Shown in pieces: positions 8,900 to 18,214 of a stretch of 32,000 bases of DNA. Position numbers and translations under genes: made by a program. This DNA comes from Guyparkeria halopsychrophila. GTDB taxonomy: Bacteria > Pseudomonadota > Gammaproteobacteria > Halothiobacillales > Halothiobacillaceae. Under the pieces are notes generated by a model, which saw nothing but the letters and a program-made list of their open reading frames with translations, made no database searches and was not told the origin of the DNA. Numbering within the stretch: the first letter of the stretch is position 1; every line of letters begins with the position of its first letter. Location of the stretch: NCBI RefSeq assembly GCF_044582135.1, contig NZ_JBDODP010000002.1:62396-94395 (forward strand), in the 5' to 3' direction.

Positions 8900-9910
8900 A
8901 TGGACGAATCGCACGCCGTTGGCGGCAGCAGTGGACCCGAGGGCCTCCCCCGGGCCGTGGTATTGGGCGGGACCGGTTTCGTGGGCCGGCACCTGGTGCG
9001 CGCACTCTCCCAGCGTGGCTGGGAAGTGGTGGTGCCAAGCCGTCACGCCGCGCGTCACCGCGACATGGGGCTATGGCCGAGTGTGGTGCTGGTTGACATG
9101 AACCCCCCGGCCCGGTCCGATCTGGCGACCCATCGTGGCTCCCCGGAACTGGCCGAACTGCTCGAGGGCGCGGATCTGCTGGTCAACCTAGTCGGCATCC
9201 TCAACGAGCGCCGGCACAACGGCAAGGGCTTCGAGCGGGTACACATCAAGCTGACCAAGGCCGCCCTGCGCGCCGCTGCCGATGCGGGCGTGCCGCGTTA
9301 CCTGCACATGAGCGCGCTGGGGGCAGACGAGGAAGAGGGCGTCAGTCACTACCAACGCAGCAAGGGCAAGGCGGAGAACTGGGTGCACCGCTTCGGTCGC
9401 AAGCACGATATGGCGGTCACCAGCTTCCGCCCCTCGGTGATCTTCGGCCCGGGTGACTCCTTCCTCAACCGCTTTGCCGGGCTGGCGAAGCTGATGCCGG
9501 GCGTCTTCCCGCTGGCCTGCGCGGGTGCGCGCTTCTCGCCCGTCTACGTGGGTGACGTGGTGCGGCGATTCGTCGAGTCGATCGACGACCCCCAGGCCAA
9601 CGACGCGCGCTATGACCTCTGCGGCCCGCACGATTACGCGCTGGGCGAACTGGTGCGCTACGCCGCGGCGACCGGCGGGCATCCGCGCTGGGTGGTCGGC
9701 CTGCCGATGTGGCTGTCGCGCCTCCAGGCGCGCGTGATGGAGTGGCTGCCGGGCACGCCCTTCAGTCGCGACAATCTGGATTCCCTGCAGCGGGCCAACA
9801 CCTGCTCGCCGGAGTGCCGGCGCGAGCCCACCCGGCTCGAGGATGTCGCCCCGGGATATCTCGCCCCAGGAAGGAATGGCCGTGGCAAGAGTGTGCCCCA
9901 CCGCGGTTGA
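8900..9910 (+). CDS. NAD(P)H-binding, NDUFA9/epimerase-like short-chain dehydrogenase family protein
   Basis: Rossmann motif VVLGGTGFVGRHLV and YxxSK (YQRSKGKAE). Start chosen at ATG 8900 (MDESHAV). Confidence 0.7.
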   Translation: MDESHAVGGSSGPEGLPRAVVLGGTGFVGRHLVRALSQRGWEVVVPSRHAARHRDMGLWPSVVLVDMNPPARSDLATHRGSPELAELLEGADLLVNLVGILNERRHNGKGFERVHIKLTKAALRAAADAGVPRYLHMSALGADEEEGVSHYQRSKGKAENWVHRFGRKHDMAVTSFRPSVIFGPGDSFLNRFAGLAKLMPGVFPLACAGARFSPVYVGDVVRRFVESIDDPQANDARYDLCGPHDYALGELVRYAAATGGHPRWVVGLPMWLSRLQARVMEWLPGTPFSRDNLDSLQRANTCSPECRREPTRLEDVAPGYLAPGRNGRGKSVPHRG

Positions 9911-9934
9911 GCCGGTGGTAGGATAGCCACGACC

Positions 9935-9960
9935 ACGCCCCGTGTTTTCGGGGCGTTTTA
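9935..9960 (+). terminator. rho-independent terminator
   Basis: acgccccg-tgtttt-cggggcgt followed by ttt, 25 nt after the stop at 9910. Confidence 0.6.
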
Positions 9961-9964
9961 CCGT

Positions 9965-10531
9965 TTGAACCCTGATCGAGGTCCAGCCGTGGAATCGGAA
10001 AAACCAACCCCCACCCCGCGCCGCTCGAGCAACGCCGAGCACTATTTCGAGCATTTCCTGTTCGGCAGCCGCTGGATCCTGGCCCCGGTCTACATGGGAC
10101 TAGTTGCGGCGATGCTGCTGTTGCTGATCAAGTTTGGCGGCGAGCTGTGGCACCTGGGCAGCCACGCCTTCACGCTCGAGGAGTCGGAGGTCATCATCGG
10201 GGTGCTCACCCTGGTCGATGTGGCCCTGATCATGAATCTTTTGATCATCATCATCTTCTCGGGCTACGAGAACTTCGTCTCCAAGATGGAGGACCTCCAC
10301 AGTCACCGTGATCGGCCCGAGTGGATGGGACACATCAGCTTCACCGATCTCAAGATCAAGGTGATCGGTTCGATCGTCGCGATCTCGGGGATCGAGTTGC
10401 TCAAGTCCTTCATGAACGTCGACAACCTGTCGAACCGGGATCTTGGCTGGATGGTGGGTATCCACCTGACCTTCGTCCTGTCCGGCGTGCTCTATGCCTT
10501 GATGGATCGGCTCCAGGGCAAGGGACACTGA
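9965..10531 (+). CDS. yqhA: UPF0114 (YqhA-family) inner membrane protein
   Basis: FEHFLFGSRWILAPVYMGL..., FSGYENFVSK and IHLTFVLS are collinear with E. coli YqhA as I recall it. The start (ATG 9965 vs GTG 9989) is uncertain. Confidence 0.8.
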   Translation: MNPDRGPAVESEKPTPTPRRSSNAEHYFEHFLFGSRWILAPVYMGLVAAMLLLLIKFGGELWHLGSHAFTLEESEVIIGVLTLVDVALIMNLLIIIIFSGYENFVSKMEDLHSHRDRPEWMGHISFTDLKIKVIGSIVAISGIELLKSFMNVDNLSNRDLGWMVGIHLTFVLSGVLYALMDRLQGKGH

Positions 10532-10555
10532 CCCGGCCTGCCCCGACGACTCTCG

Positions 10556-10999
10556 TCACTCCCCGATGTCCTCGTTCCAGAGGGTCGGATGCTCTTCGAT
10601 GAACCGCTGCATCAGCTCGATGCAGCGCTGATCGTTCATCACCCTCACCTCCATACCGTGCTCGCGTAACCAACGCTCCTCGCCAAGAAAGGTTTGGTTT
10701 TCGCCGATTACCACGCGCGGTATCCCGTAGAGCAGAATCGCTCCCGCGCACATTGGGCAGGGGGACAGCGTGGTGTAGAGCGTGCATCCCCGATAGAAGT
10801 CGGCCGACCGGCGGCCGGCCTTTTCCAGCGCATCCATCTCTCCGTGCCGGATGACGCTGCCTTCCTGGACGCGGCGGTTGTGGCCGTACCCGACGATCTC
10901 ACCGTTGTGCACCAGCACCGCGCCGATGGGGATGCCGCCCTCGTCGCGGCCGGTGCGGGCCTCCTCGAGTGCCGCATCGAGAAAGGGATCGTGGCTCAT
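10556..10999 (-). CDS. CMP/dCMP-type zinc deaminase (cytosine/guanine/nucleoside deaminase family)
   Basis: HGEMDAL...(x)...SPCPMCAGA zinc-binding signature (HAE-like / PCxxC). Start ATG 10999 has GGAGG 8 nt upstream. The longer track ORF would run into the groEL terminator. Confidence 0.75.
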   Translation of the reverse strand: MSHDPFLDAALEEARTGRDEGGIPIGAVLVHNGEIVGYGHNRRVQEGSVIRHGEMDALEKAGRRSADFYRGCTLYTTLSPCPMCAGAILLYGIPRVVIGENQTFLGEERWLREHGMEVRVMNDQRCIELMQRFIEEHPTLWNEDIGE

Positions 11000-11040
11000 G
11001 GTTCGGGCCTCCATTGGAGAGTCGGTACCTTCAAGATACA

Positions 11041-11066
11041 AAAAAACCCCGCCATTGGCGGGGTTT
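11041..11066 (-). terminator. rho-independent terminator of groESL
   Basis: On the minus strand: aaaccccgcc-aat-ggcgggg followed by tttttt, 43 nt after the groEL stop. Confidence 0.8.
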
Positions 11067-11108
11067 CGTTGAAGCGGTGTCCGGCCGAATCGACCGGAGC
11101 GACCGTTC

Positions 11109-12794
<1,686 letters not shown>

Positions 12795-12815
12795 TTAGCT
12801 CTTTCCGCGGGCAAC

Positions 12816-13106
12816 TCAGTCTTCGATGACGGCGAGGATGTCGTCTTCGCCCATCATCAGCAGCTCGTCGCCCTCGACCTTCACCTTGGCGCCGGCGTAC
12901 TGGCTGAACAGGACGGTGTCACCGACCTTCACGCCCATCGGGCGGACTTCGCCCTTGTCATTCGACTTGCCCGGGCCAGCGGCGATGATTTCGCCTCGGT
13001 TGGGCTTCTCGGAAGCCGAGTCCGGCAGAACGATGCCAGAGGCGGTCTTGCGTTCTTCTTCTTCGCGCTTTACCAGCACACGATCGTGCAAAGGACGGAT
13101 TTTCAT
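12816..13106 (-). CDS. groS: co-chaperonin GroES
   Basis: 96 aa, [14 protein letters not shown]...GIVLPDSA...GEV, immediately upstream of groEL. Confidence 0.97.
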   Translation of the reverse strand: MKIRPLHDRVLVKREEEERKTASGIVLPDSASEKPNRGEIIAAGPGKSNDKGEVRPMGVKVGDTVLFSQYAGAKVKVEGDELLMMGEDDILAVIED

Positions 13107-13194
13107 GCGGTCACTCCATGCGTTGACATAGAAAAAGGATTTTCGACGGTGTTTGTTCGCGCCGGGGCGGGGAAACGCGGCGGAAACGCCGCTG

Positions 13195-13221
13195 TTAGCA
13201 CTCGCCCGGCTCGAGTGCCAA
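13195..13221. promoter_or_regulatory. CIRCE operator (HrcA binding site) upstream of groES
   Basis: ttagcactc-N9-gagtgccaa versus consensus TTAGCACTC-N9-GAGTGCTAA (1 mismatch), 89 nt upstream of the groES ATG. Confidence 0.8.
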
Positions 13222-13249
13222 TACTAGGAACGGCCCCGGCGAATTCAAG
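13221..13249 (-). promoter_or_regulatory. putative groESL promoter (sigma-70-like or sigma-32-like) abutting CIRCE
   Basis: Minus strand reads cTTGAAT-N14-CCTAGTAT. This resembles sigma-32 CTTGAA-N13-14-CCCCATnT, and also TTGAAT-N16-TAGTAT for sigma-70. Confidence 0.4.
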
Positions 13250-13346
13250 AGGTGGGGAAGAAAAAAAAGTTGGCGGCTTGCGCGGCGCGAGACGCGCCGG
13301 TGGGGTGCGGGTTGGCGGCGTACCTCGGTGGGATCACGTGAATCGG

Positions 13347-13352
13347 TATAAT
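13347..13352 (+). promoter_or_regulatory. possible -10 box for icd
   Basis: Perfect TATAAT 66 nt upstream of the icd ATG in an otherwise GC-rich spacer. No convincing -35. Confidence 0.3.
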
Positions 13353-13417
13353 GCCGGCCAACCAAGCAGGCGCACCAAGACGGCCTGCGACATGCGAATC
13401 CAGCCAGGAGAGAACAC

Positions 13418-14674
13418 ATGGGCTTCGACAAGATCACCATCCCCGAAGGCGACAAGATCACCGTCACCGCCGACGGCACGCTGACCGTCCCCGACCGGCC
13501 GATCATCCCGTTCATCGTGGGTGACGGCATCGGTGTCGACGTCACGCCGGTGATGAAAAAGGTCATCGACGCGGCGGTCGAGAAGGCCTACGGCGGCAAG
13601 CGCCAGATCGCCTGGATGGAGGTCTACGCCGGCGAGAAGTCGACCGAAGTCTACCCGGAAGGCAGCGGCCTGCCCGCCGAGACCATGGAGGCGATCCGCG
13701 ATTTTGTGGTCTCCATCAAGGGCCCGCTGACCACGCCGGTCGGTGGCGGCTTTCGCTCGCTCAACGTCGCCCTGCGCCAGAAGCTCGACCTGTACGTCTG
13801 CCTGCGCCCGGTGCGCTACTTCACCGGCACGCCCAGCCCGGTCAAGCACCCGGAGAAGACCGACATGGTCATCTTCCGCGAGAACTCCGAGGACATCTAC
13901 GCCGGCATCGAGTGGGCCGCCGGCACCCCGGAAGTGAAGAAGGTGATCGATTTCCTGACCCAGGAAATGAATGTCGAGAACATCCGTTTCCCGGAGAGCT
14001 CGGGTATCGGCATCAAGCCGGTCTCCGAGGACGGCACCAAGCGCCTGGTGCGCCGCGCGATCGAGTACGCGATCGCCAACGACCGCGAGTCGGTCACCCT
14101 GGTGCACAAGGGCAACATCATGAAATTCACGGAAGGGGCCTTCAAGAACTGGGGCTACGAGCTGGCCAAGGATGAGTTCGGCGCCGAGCCACTCGACGGC
14201 GGCCCGTGGATGAAATTGAAGAACCCCAACACCGGCCGCGACATCGTCATCAAGGACTCGATCGCGGATGCCTTCCTGCAGCAGATCCTGCTGGTGCCGG
14301 AGGAGTACGACGTGGTCGCCACCCTCAACCTCAACGGTGACTACGTCTCGGATGCGCTGGCCGCACAGGTCGGCGGCATCGGCATTGCGCCGGGCGCGAA
14401 CCTCTCCGACACCGTCGCCATGTTCGAGGCCACCCACGGCACCGCGCCGGACATCGCCGGCAAGGACCTCGCCAATCCGTCGTCGGTGATCCTGTCGGCC
14501 GAGATGATGCTGCGCCACCTCGGCTGGACCGAGGCCGCCGATGCCGTCATCAAGGCCATGGAAGGCGCGATCGCCAGTGGCAACGTCACCGGCGATCTCG
14601 CCCGCCTGATGGACAAGCCCAACCAGGTCGGCTGCAAGGCCTTCGGCGAGGAGCTGATCCGCCAGATGGGCTGA
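13418..14674 (+). CDS. icd: NADP-dependent isocitrate dehydrogenase
   Basis: 418 aa. [47 protein letters not shown], typical prokaryotic homodimeric IDH. Confidence 0.95.
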   Translation: MGFDKITIPEGDKITVTADGTLTVPDRPIIPFIVGDGIGVDVTPVMKKVIDAAVEKAYGGKRQIAWMEVYAGEKSTEVYPEGSGLPAETMEAIRDFVVSIKGPLTTPVGGGFRSLNVALRQKLDLYVCLRPVRYFTGTPSPVKHPEKTDMVIFRENSEDIYAGIEWAAGTPEVKKVIDFLTQEMNVENIRFPESSGIGIKPVSEDGTKRLVRRAIEYAIANDRESVTLVHKGNIMKFTEGAFKNWGYELAKDEFGAEPLDGGPWMKLKNPNTGRDIVIKDSIADAFLQQILLVPEEYDVVATLNLNGDYVSDALAAQVGGIGIAPGANLSDTVAMFEATHGTAPDIAGKDLANPSSVILSAEMMLRHLGWTEAADAVIKAMEGAIASGNVTGDLARLMDKPNQVGCKAFGEELIRQMG

Positions 14675-14703
14675 TCGTCGTCCCGACAACGATTGGGAAA
14701 AGG

Positions 14704-14737
14704 GCAGGCGCGTCCGGGTGATTCCGGGGGCGCCTGC
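14704..14737 (+). terminator. GC-rich stem-loop downstream of icd (terminator-like, no U-tract)
   Basis: gcaggcgc ... gcgcctgc outer stem with inner ccgg/ccgg pairing, 30 nt after the icd stop. Confidence 0.3.
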
Positions 14738-14789
14738 TACGCTTCTGGGGCGGGCAAACGGGCCCGCGTTCTTCCCCAGGAGGCGTGCC

Positions 14790-14978
14790 ATGGAACCACT
14801 TGTCGAAGCCAGTGCCACCTGCCCCTACTGCGGTGAGCCGGTCGACTTCTCGATCGACACCAGTGCCGGTGAGCAGACCACCGTCGAAGATTGCAGTGTC
14901 TGCTGCCAGCCGATCGTGGTCACCATCAAGTGGACCGCCGAAGGCCCGACCCTGGAACTGCACCAGGAGAACGAATGA
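14790..14978 (+). CDS. CPXCG-motif cysteine-rich zinc-ribbon protein
   Basis: 62 aa, MEPLVEASATCPYCGEP...DCSVCCQPI. AGGAGG lies 7 nt upstream of ATG 14790. Confidence 0.7.
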   Translation: MEPLVEASATCPYCGEPVDFSIDTSAGEQTTVEDCSVCCQPIVVTIKWTAEGPTLELHQENE

Positions 14979-15029
14979 GCGGTGGAGGGCGGTTCGGCGC
15001 GCGTGTTACCATCTCGCCGCCTTCCGATT

Positions 15030-15106
15030 GCCCATGTAGCTCAGCTGGATAGAGCAACCGCCTCCTAAGCGGTAGGTCGCAGGTTCAAATCCTGCCTTGG
15101 GCGCCA
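15030..15106 (+). tRNA. tRNA-Arg (anticodon CCU)
   Basis: Hand-folded cloverleaf of 77 nt. Acceptor gcccatg/cttgggc (one U-U), D arm gctc-agctggata-gagc, anticodon arm accgc-ctCCTaa-gcggt, T arm gcagg-ttcaaat-cctgc, encoded CCA. Confidence 0.9.
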
Positions 15107-15140
15107 TCTTCCTTTTTCAGCGATTCCCCGCTAGCCCAGG

Positions 15141-15168
15141 ACCCCGCATTATGGCGGGGTTTGTCGTT
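15141..15168 (+). terminator. terminator-like hairpin after tRNA-Arg
   Basis: accccgc-attatg-gcggggt followed by ttgtcgtt. Confidence 0.5.
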
Positions 15169-15195
15169 GATACCCTGTCCCGCGATGTTCCAGCC

Positions 15196-15284
15196 GGTCC
15201 CCACTGATGTAGCATGAAGGGTGGGGACCAAGGTGGGGACCATCCGATGGGGTGGGGACTAACCAAGCCGACACCGGTCCCCAC
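15196..15284. repeat. five copies of a 9-bp motif GTGGGGACC / GGTCCCCAC between tRNA and int (candidate arm-type recombinase/RDF sites)
   Basis: ggtccccac at 15196-15204 and 15276-15284. gtggggacc at 15221-15229 and 15233-15241. gtggggact at 15252-15260. Confidence 0.55.
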
Positions 15285-15308
15285 CGGGTGAAAGACGAGG
15301 GCGCGGGC

Positions 15309-16526
15309 ATGCGCATCAACCAACTATCCGCACTCGACGTGCGACGAGCGAAGTTCGAAGGCCGCGCCTTCAAGCTATTCGACGGCGGTGGGCTGTATCT
15401 GCGAGTCAGGGCGAACGGTCGGGCATGGGTGTTCCGCTACAAGTTCCAAGGCAGGAGCAGAGACACCACGCTAGGCAAGCTGCCGGGAATGACCTTGGCG
15501 GAAGCACGTCGACGCCGTGACGCGTTCCGCGCCATGCTGGCGGATGGAGTCGACCCGATCGAGCATCGCCGCCAGCAAGTCGAGGCGGCCAAGGCAGAGA
15601 AGGAAGGCAGCTCCCGGACGCTCGAGCGCGTGTTCGAGGAATGGGCGGCCGGCCGGCAGTGGACAGACGGTTACCGGGAGAAGCTGACCGGCCGATGGCG
15701 ACGCTACCTGTTGCCCAAGCTAGGCAAGCGCCCAGTCGACGAGATCACCTCGCCCGAGGTCCTGGAGGTGCTGCGCAAGGCAGAGCAGGCGGGCACAACC
15801 GAGGTCGCCCCGCGCTGCCGGCAGGACTTATCCCGGCTGTTCGCCTTCTGCATCGCTAACGGCTGGGCAAAGCATGATCCGGCCGCCAGCCTCGCCCACG
15901 CACTGAAAGAGCGGGCACCCGTCCATCACCGCGCCGCCGTGCTCGACCTCGACCGACTCGGGGAAGTGCTACGGGCAATTGACGCCCACGCCGGGCAGCC
16001 GTCGACAAAGGCCGCGCTTCAATTGTTGCCGATGCTGATGGTCCGCCCTGGAGAGTTGCGGAACATGGAGTGGGCAGAAGTCGACCTCGACGCCGGTCTG
16101 TGGAGCATTCCCGCCGCGAAGATGAAGATGCGGGCCGATCACCTAGTGCCCTTGCCACGGCAGGCCCTCGCCATCCTCAAGGACCTGCATCACTGGACAG
16201 GGCATCGCGCCCTGGCATTCCCCGGCCTGCGCAGTGCGGCCAAGCCGATCAGTGAAAACACGCTGAACGCGGCCTTCCGCCGCATGGGTTTCTCGAAAGA
16301 CGAGATCAGTGCCCACGGCTGTCGGGCGACCGCCCGCACCATGCTTGCCGAGCGCCTGCGTTGGCCCGCCCACATCATCGAGCTGCAATTGGCACACGCG
16401 CCCCGTGATCCGCTCGGGAGAGCCTATAACCGCGCTGACTTCATTGAAGATCGGCGGCAGATGTTGCAGGAGTGGGCGGACTATCTTGGAAAGCTGCGGC
16501 AGTCCGTCACTGTGGCAAGGCGATGA
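15309..16526 (+). CDS. int: P4-type tyrosine integrase (DUF4102 N-terminal domain)
   Basis: N-terminus LSALDVRRAKFEGRAFKLFDGGGLYLRVRANG..WVFRY. Catalytic-domain residues R (MLMVRPGELR), HGCRATART, and LAH..RD..AY. Start chosen at ATG 15309; the track ORF start at 15252 lies inside the repeat cluster. Confidence 0.9.
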   Translation: MRINQLSALDVRRAKFEGRAFKLFDGGGLYLRVRANGRAWVFRYKFQGRSRDTTLGKLPGMTLAEARRRRDAFRAMLADGVDPIEHRRQQVEAAKAEKEGSSRTLERVFEEWAAGRQWTDGYREKLTGRWRRYLLPKLGKRPVDEITSPEVLEVLRKAEQAGTTEVAPRCRQDLSRLFAFCIANGWAKHDPAASLAHALKERAPVHHRAAVLDLDRLGEVLRAIDAHAGQPSTKAALQLLPMLMVRPGELRNMEWAEVDLDAGLWSIPAAKMKMRADHLVPLPRQALAILKDLHHWTGHRALAFPGLRSAAKPISENTLNAAFRRMGFSKDEISAHGCRATARTMLAERLRWPAHIIELQLAHAPRDPLGRAYNRADFIEDRRQMLQEWADYLGKLRQSVTVARR

Positions 16527-16801
16527 TTGCGGATTAGAAGGCCCTGTAATAGCAGCCAGGTGCTGATATTTTCTATCAATGATTTCTTTGGTTTATCGAA
16601 AACAATATTAAGTTAAATCAATATCTTAGGGGTGGTGGTATTACATCCACTCCGTCAATTGCGGTGCGTTTGCAAAAATGGTAATACCGAAATTGCACAT
16701 AAGGTACTGAAAAAAAAGGGGAAAAAGCGGAAAAGTTTTGTTTCTTGGGTAAGGTTGTAATAGCTTAGGTCGCGTTGGATCTTCGGATTCAGCAATAAAG
16801 A

Positions 16802-16832
16802 AGGCCCCGGGTGTTTGCTCCACCCGGGGCCT
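16802..16832 (-). terminator. strong hairpin, intrinsic-terminator-like on the minus strand
   Basis: Perfect 12-bp stem aggccccgggtg / cacccggggcct with a 7-nt loop. On the minus strand it is followed by ttctttattgct. No convincing ORF lies on either side. Confidence 0.5.
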
Positions 16833-17247
16833 GTAAATCCATCGCTGATGGGATGGCATGTATACCTAGTTTGTTTCAAACCACCCGATTGGTAAACGGG
16901 CTAGCCCGGTTAGCGCCGGGCAGTTAAGGACGATACAACCCCTATTGCATCCAATGCAACCCGCTTAGATTGTCCCTTAAACCGCCGTACTGCCAACGAT
17001 GCCAAACCGTCAGTGATCCGTCGTTACAACACGAGGATGACTGAAAATGATCACTTGTTCGTGCCCCGCCATCGACTTGTCGCGCCTGCGGCGACGGTCA
17101 GAAGTTGAATGCCATGCCGTGCGTTCGACCCTTCGCCCCATTCCCCTCGGACCCCTTGCCGTGCCTTGGTCAGTTACTGCCGTGGCTGACAGGTTCGACA
17201 TCTTGAGTGTGGGCAGCCAATGGACCGGCAGACGGGAGGCACGAGTC

Positions 17248-17460
17248 ATGCGAGTGAACAGTCAGACCCTCACAATTGGCGACCCGATCGTCCGGCCACG
17301 TGATGCAGCCGAATACCTCGGGATCGGCCGTTCGAGTCTGTATCGGCTGATCGACTCCGGCGATCTGCCGAAGCCCCTACGTTTGACGCCGCAAGCGTCC
17401 GGCTGGCGGCTGTCCACCCTCGAGGAATTTCTGCAGGAACGTGAGGAGGTGTCGAAATGA
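17248..17460 (+). CDS. alpA: AlpA-family (HTH_17) transcriptional regulator / excisionase
   Basis: 70 aa, RPRDAAEYLGIGRSSLYRLIDSGDLPKPLRL...GWRLSTLEEFL. GGGAGG lies 8 nt upstream of ATG 17248. Confidence 0.8.
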   Translation: MRVNSQTLTIGDPIVRPRDAAEYLGIGRSSLYRLIDSGDLPKPLRLTPQASGWRLSTLEEFLQEREEVSK

Positions 17461-17738
17461 AAAATGCCTCCGTACGTGAGAATAGGGCTGGGCCGGCAAC
17501 CGATACTTTCGGCCATAGCAACAACGCCGTCCTAAGCCGTAAGGCGCAGCTGGCCCGCGTTCTTTACTATCTGCACCAGCACCATTTGCTGCGCTCGGCC
17601 GACCGGGTGCTTGAACTGCAGGAGCGACTCCACCGGGTCGAGAGATCGTGGAGAGAGGAACACGACGCCGCTGCGAATCCTCATCGCGTCGTAGAGTACA
17701 CCTTGGCGCCGACTGTGGCGGGGGAGGTGGCTACATGA
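17457..17738 (+). CDS. hypothetical protein (orf93)
   Basis: Its ATG overlaps the alpA stop (ATGA) and its stop overlaps the next start (ATGA). No family recognised. Confidence 0.45.
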   Translation: MKNASVRENRAGPATDTFGHSNNAVLSRKAQLARVLYYLHQHHLLRSADRVLELQERLHRVERSWREEHDAAANPHRVVEYTLAPTVAGEVAT

Positions 17739-18214
17739 CACCATTTCAGCATCACCTCGCTCCCTTCGATAAAGTTCTGGCCCACGTCGCCGTGGCTAAG
17801 GAGGCGAAACCTGCACCCGGTCTCGTCCGCGCCATGACTTGCGCTTGTCCTGCGCACAAAGACAAGCGTCCGAGCCTTCTGGTCTCCGAGACCGACGATG
17901 GCCGCGTGCTGATGCACTGCCGGGCCGGCTGTTCTTTCGATGAGATCCGGCGGGGCCTTGGGCTCGAACTGATCGACCTGATCCCCGAGCACCTGCGACA
18001 CGCCCGCAACGATGCCAACCGGTCGCCGCACAAAGGCCCAAGGTTCAGCCCTTGGGCTGCGCTCCAGGCCTTGGCCGTGGACGTGATCACCGTCGCACTC
18101 GCCGCCGCTCAGATCCGGCGCGAGGGATGGATTGACGACGCCGACTTCGAGGCACTGATGCAAGCCGAGGCGCGAATCCAGAACACGGTTCAGGCGGGAG
18201 GCTTTCAGAGATGA
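17735..18214 (+). CDS. CHC2-type zinc-ribbon protein (primase-like Zn finger only)
   Basis: 159 aa, CACPAHKDKRPSLLVSETDDGRVLMHCRAGC. This matches the DnaG/CHC2 pattern CP.H.(D/E)K.PS..V....C..GC. No TOPRIM-like region is visible. GGGGGAGG precedes ATG 17735. Confidence 0.6.
   Translation: MTPFQHHLAPFDKVLAHVAVAKEAKPAPGLVRAMTCACPAHKDKRPSLLVSETDDGRVLMHCRAGCSFDEIRRGLGLELIDLIPEHLRHARNDANRSPHKGPRFSPWAALQALAVDVITVALAAAQIRREGWIDDADFEALMQAEARIQNTVQAGGFQR

Noticed and set aside
16641-16879. 72-aa and 74-aa minus-strand ORFs in the AT-rich int-alpA spacer.
   Set aside because: Their composition is driven by A/T tracts (FFPFFF, KKK-type runs). They run through the 12-bp hairpin. No RBS or family resemblance was seen. 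The region is better explained as regulatory or non-coding.
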